A DNA stretch of 64,000 bases from Acidobacteriota bacterium (GTDB lineage: Bacteria; Acidobacteriota; UBA890; WLXD01). Positions 60,162 through 64,000 of this stretch are shown one piece after another. A program made the position numbers and the translations under genes. The stretch spans positions 1,088,001-1,152,000 of the forward strand of contig CBDBHB010000008.1 of assembly GCA_965205505.1 (NCBI GenBank), read 5' to 3'. Within the stretch, counting starts at the first letter, position 1; every line of letters starts with the position of its first letter. A model generated the notes under the pieces. The model made no database searches, was not told the DNA's origin, and saw only the letters and a list, made by a program, of their open reading frames with translations.

Positions 60162-61544
60162 ATGAGCAAGAAAGAGGAAGGCAACAAATCGACCCGGCGT
60201 GACTTGGCGCGTAGCGCTGTTGTCGGCTACACCGCCGCCGCCCTCGGGCTGCCAACGCACCTGCTTGCCAGGGACGTTCCGGATGTGGGCCAGATGGCCG
60301 GCGGGGAATCGGGCGCAGCAGGGTTGCGAAGAGCCACGATTGACGCCGAGTACTACACGGACGGAGAGCGCTGGGCGTTCGATGAGCGCCTGGTGGCCGA
60401 CCATTTCTGGCAAATGGTCGACCATGAGAGCAGGATTCCCGATGCGGGCGACTTCTTCGTGTTCGAGTTCGGTCGCAGCGAGAGCATCCTGATCGTGCGT
60501 GGGCGGGACAACGCAGTGCGCGGCTTCTACAACGTGTGCCGCCACCGCGGCTCGCGCCTGTGTCGTCACGACGCAGATCCGATCCCCGAGGATCCACGCC
60601 TGTCGGTCAAGCAGCTCAGCCAGTCGGGCAGCTCGCCGGTGTTCCGCTGCCCGTACCACGCCTGGACGTACGACACCGAAGGCAGCTTGATCTATGCCTA
60701 CGGCATGCAGGAGGACTTCGATCCGGCGGACAACGGCCTGATCCCCTGCCACCTCCGCACGGCAGACGGCTTCATCTTCGTGAACCTGTCGCGCGAGCCG
60801 GAACCGCCGGAGTTCGAGTCAGCGGTCGAGCCCTTCCGCCGCGATGTGGGCGGACCCCACGGGACCGCACAATTGAAGGTCGGCGAGCGAGTCTTCGTGC
60901 CGATGCACGCCAACTGGAAGCTGGCGCTGGAGAACTTCCTGGAGTGCTACCACTGCGGGCCGTCGCACGACTACCTGTGCTACGTGTACCCGGGCTCTGA
61001 CTTCACGACCGAATCCGAGAAGCAAGGGAAGGGTGGGCTGCTCAACGGATTCGTCACCGGCACAATGGACGGCAAAGCGGCGGCACCGTTGCTGCCCGCC
61101 TTTGAGGGCACCGACGCGAGGACGACGTCACGCACGTCGACCGAAACGACGTCGGGTTGGTCGACCGGATATTGGCTCGGATACGACGATCACGTCTTCG
61201 CGGTTCGATTCACCCCCCGTGATGTCGATCTCACCGACGTGGAATGCACCTGGCTCGTGCATCCGGATGCGAAGCGCGGCGTGGACTACGATCCGGAGAG
61301 GTTGAAGGAGGTGTGGCTCGTCACGCTTCTAGAAGACATCTGGTTGTGCGAGAACAACCACGCCGGCATTTGCTCTGGCGCCTACGCGCCTGGCCGCTAC
61401 GCCACTCATGAGCGTAGCCCGTCCAGATTCATACAGTGGTATATGGCCGCCGTGGCGGGTGACATCGGGCCGGCGCAGAACCCACGTCGCCGTGAGAGTC
61501 CGACTGCGCGCCTCGAGGGTCCAGAGAGTACGTTGCTGACCTGA
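60162..61544 (+). CDS. Rieske oxygenase alpha subunit with Tat-like leader, copy 3
   Basis: Close paralogue of copy 2 with the same motifs and the same upstream GAGCTTGGAGG leader. Confidence 0.9.
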   Translation: MSKKEEGNKSTRRDLARSAVVGYTAAALGLPTHLLARDVPDVGQMAGGESGAAGLRRATIDAEYYTDGERWAFDERLVADHFWQMVDHESRIPDAGDFFVFEFGRSESILIVRGRDNAVRGFYNVCRHRGSRLCRHDADPIPEDPRLSVKQLSQSGSSPVFRCPYHAWTYDTEGSLIYAYGMQEDFDPADNGLIPCHLRTADGFIFVNLSREPEPPEFESAVEPFRRDVGGPHGTAQLKVGERVFVPMHANWKLALENFLECYHCGPSHDYLCYVYPGSDFTTESEKQGKGGLLNGFVTGTMDGKAAAPLLPAFEGTDARTTSRTSTETTSGWSTGYWLGYDDHVFAVRFTPRDVDLTDVECTWLVHPDAKRGVDYDPERLKEVWLVTLLEDIWLCENNHAGICSGAYAPGRYATHERSPSRFIQWYMAAVAGDIGPAQNPRRRESPTARLEGPESTLLT

Positions 61545-61611
61545 ATCTGCGAGTTGCTGCTGCAGGCAACGACAGCCGGCAACGAGCGAGCTCCGCCTAC
61601 CCGACGTGCAT

Positions 61612-63540
61612 ATGAGAGATCGGGATCTTCAGCTGGGAATGTGCCGGGAGATCACCCGTCGCGATTTCGTCTCCGGTATCAGCGTAGCGCTGAGCGGCAG
61701 CCTGGCGCTGCCGTGGGCGCAGACGGACGCCCTGGCGAGCCCCGGGTCTTCGGGGCGGAGCCCGCAGGCCATGGCGGCCGCGTATCCACCGATCCGGACC
61801 GGCATGCGCGGCAGTCACGAAGGCTCCTACGAGGTTGCTCATCAGCTTCGAGATGGCGTGCGCTGGTACAATCCGGAGGAGACCGGTGAGCTCTACGACC
61901 TGATCGTGGTCGGTGGCGGCATCAGTGGCCTCGCATCGGCATGGTTTTTCAGAGAAGCCGTTCCCGGGGCGCGCATCCTGATTCTCGACAACCACGACGA
62001 CTTCGGCGGTCATGCCAAGCGCAACGAGTTCTGGCACGAAGGTCAGATGGAGCTGTCGCATGGCGGCACCATCTTCATCTCCAACTTACACCGGTACAGT
62101 GCGGCAGCCCAGCGCCTGATCCGCGGGATCGGCATCGACGTGAGCCGCTACTCCGAGTTCCTCGATGAGGACCTGTACAGCTCGCTCGGTATGCGCGGGT
62201 CGGTCTTCTTCGACCGCGAAACCTTCGGCACCGATCGGCTGCTGACGGGCGAAGGCAAGCCCTCCTGGCGCGAGTTTCTGGCGCACGCACCCTTGTCCGA
62301 GGCGGCCCGTGAGGACCTTGTACGACTACACGAATCGGACGTCGATTATCTGGCGCACCTCAGCTTGGAGGAGAAGGTCGAGTACCTTCAGCACACGAGC
62401 TACGAAGACTTTCTCTTGCAGGCAGTCAAGATCAGCCCGGAGGCGGTCTCCTTCCTCGAGACGTCCAACGGCTGGGCGATCGGCATCGATGCCATCTCAG
62501 CCTGGACCGGCGCCGGCAGCCGGCCCGGAACCACCGGGCTCGGATTCGGTAACAACGATGAGGGCGCCGAAACCACCGAGGAGCGGGCGTTCTTTCAGTT
62601 CCCGGATGGCAACTCTTCCGTCGCGCGCCTGCTCGTCCGGTCGCTGATCCCCGACGTCGCTCCAGGCACCACGATGGAGGATGTCGTCGCGGCCAGATTC
62701 GACTACGGCAAGCTCGATCGGGAAGACTCGCCCGTGCGCGTGCGTCTGGAGAGCACGGCGGTGCGGGTGGGCCACCGTGGCGACCCGCAGACCGCCGAAG
62801 AAGTCGAGGTCACCTACGTCCGCCACGGCCGCGCCCAACGAGTTCGCGCCGGCCGCTGTGTGCTTGCCTGCTACAACGCGGTCATTCCTCACATTTGCGA
62901 CGAGCTGCCGGATACGCAAGAGCATGCGCTATCGAACGCTCTCAAGGCGCCCCTTATCTACACCAATGTCCTGATCCGCAACTGGACCGCCTTCCAGAAG
63001 CTCGGCACGCACGAGGTGCGCTGCCCGGGCAGTTATTTCGACAATGTAAATCTGACGCCGCCGATCAGCATTGGAGGCTACCGACATGCGCGCACGCCCG
63101 ACGAGCCCACCGTGGTGCGCATGTGGCGCGCCCCCCTGGTGCCCGAGGCCCGCGGGCGGTCCGCGGCGGAGCAATGGAAGGCCGCCCGCCGGAGCCTGGT
63201 GACGACGACGTTCGAGACCTTCGAGCGCAAGATCAGGGATCAGCTCGGCCGCATACTCTCCGCCGGTGGCTTCGACCCGGCGCGCGATATCGAGGCGATC
63301 ACTGTGAACCGCTGGCCGCACGGTTATGCCTACGGCCACGATCTGGAGACCGGCCAGATCGCATGGAGGCTCGATGAGATACCGCCCGAGCGCTCTTCGT
63401 GGATCGTTGCCCGCCAGCCTGTCGGCCGCATCGCCATCGCCAACTCGGACGCGATGGCCGACGCAATGACCGAAGGTGCGATCGGCGCGGCGCATCTGGC
63501 CGTCGAGGCGCTCGTTGCCCCCGAGACAACGCCATTGTGA
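61612..63540 (+). CDS. Spermidine dehydrogenase (SpdH)-like flavoprotein with Tat leader
   Basis: ITRRDFVSG, YPPIRTGMRGSHEGS, VVGGGISG, DFGGHAKRNEF, FPDGN, ITVNRWPHGYAY and RIAIANSD. Confidence 0.85.
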   Translation: MRDRDLQLGMCREITRRDFVSGISVALSGSLALPWAQTDALASPGSSGRSPQAMAAAYPPIRTGMRGSHEGSYEVAHQLRDGVRWYNPEETGELYDLIVVGGGISGLASAWFFREAVPGARILILDNHDDFGGHAKRNEFWHEGQMELSHGGTIFISNLHRYSAAAQRLIRGIGIDVSRYSEFLDEDLYSSLGMRGSVFFDRETFGTDRLLTGEGKPSWREFLAHAPLSEAAREDLVRLHESDVDYLAHLSLEEKVEYLQHTSYEDFLLQAVKISPEAVSFLETSNGWAIGIDAISAWTGAGSRPGTTGLGFGNNDEGAETTEERAFFQFPDGNSSVARLLVRSLIPDVAPGTTMEDVVAARFDYGKLDREDSPVRVRLESTAVRVGHRGDPQTAEEVEVTYVRHGRAQRVRAGRCVLACYNAVIPHICDELPDTQEHALSNALKAPLIYTNVLIRNWTAFQKLGTHEVRCPGSYFDNVNLTPPISIGGYRHARTPDEPTVVRMWRAPLVPEARGRSAAEQWKAARRSLVTTTFETFERKIRDQLGRILSAGGFDPARDIEAITVNRWPHGYAYGHDLETGQIAWRLDEIPPERSSWIVARQPVGRIAIANSDAMADAMTEGAIGAAHLAVEALVAPETTPL

Positions 63541-63568
63541 TCACGGGCTGGCTCACCCCCCGCGTAGG

Positions 63569-64000
63569 CTACCGCTGGTAGACAATCTCGCCACCGAGGA
63601 TTGTGGCATCGACCCCGACGTCGAACATCTCCGCGCCCTGCAACTGCGTCGGGTCTGCCGACAGCACTGCGAAGTCCCCGAGCTTACCCACCGCAATCGA
63701 GCCCTTCTCGCGCTCCTCGAAGCCAGCGCGGGCCGCCCAGATAGTGTGCATCCGCAGGGCGTCCTCGAAGCCGAGCTCCTCGCCCGGCGGCGTGCCGCCG
63801 CCGTCCTCCGGCGAGGCCATCAACGAGGCGATTGCCCCATGGGACTGAACACCGGCACCGTGCCGGTGGCGTCCGAGATCGCCTACGGATCATTCCATAT
63901 CTTGGTCATGCGCTCCACCTCGTCGCTCTCATTCATGGGTAACCGTGGGCGGATCGAACCTTGTCGCGGGATCCCGGGCCGATCCTCACGCCGATCGAAC
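63569..64000 (-). CDS. C-terminal part of an amidohydrolase 3 family protein (paralogue of 45415..47067); runs off the window, frame broken near 63885
   Basis: SDATGTVP...DGGGTPPGEELGFEDALRMHTIWAARAGFEEREKGSIAVGKLGDFAVLS...ATILGGE. Confidence 0.8.

Overview
High-GC bacterial DNA whose gene repertoire (Oar-type TonB-dependent receptor, sulfatase-TPR, CRTAC1/FG-GAP plus TPR, PD40 amidohydrolase, 'GTRLGPYE' Hanks-kinase fragments) suggests Acidobacteriota. That taxonomy is inference. The window has no core housekeeping operon, intact tRNA, integrase, transposase or CRISPR array. The left ~14 kb looks like a decayed integration hotspot. It holds 3' halves of tRNA-Leu(CAG), tRNA-Thr(CGT) and tRNA-fMet, arm-type repeats, Ser/Thr kinase stubs, a diverged ~105 bp direct repeat and a formate/nitrite transporter fragment. 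It also carries an intact six-gene exported DUF1592/DUF1552 (haem c) operon. The rest is mostly exported hydrolases and oxidoreductases from families acting on nitrogen compounds, many duplicated. The strongest candidate for an undescribed system is at 57.4-63.5 kb: three tandem GbcA-like Rieske oxygenase alpha subunits with twin-arginine leaders and an enlarged Rieske loop, no reductase or ferredoxin in the window, followed by a Tat-type spermidine-dehydrogenase-like flavoprotein. Several genes are split by small frameshifts that may be assembly errors. All family calls come from motifs recognised by eye, not database searches.
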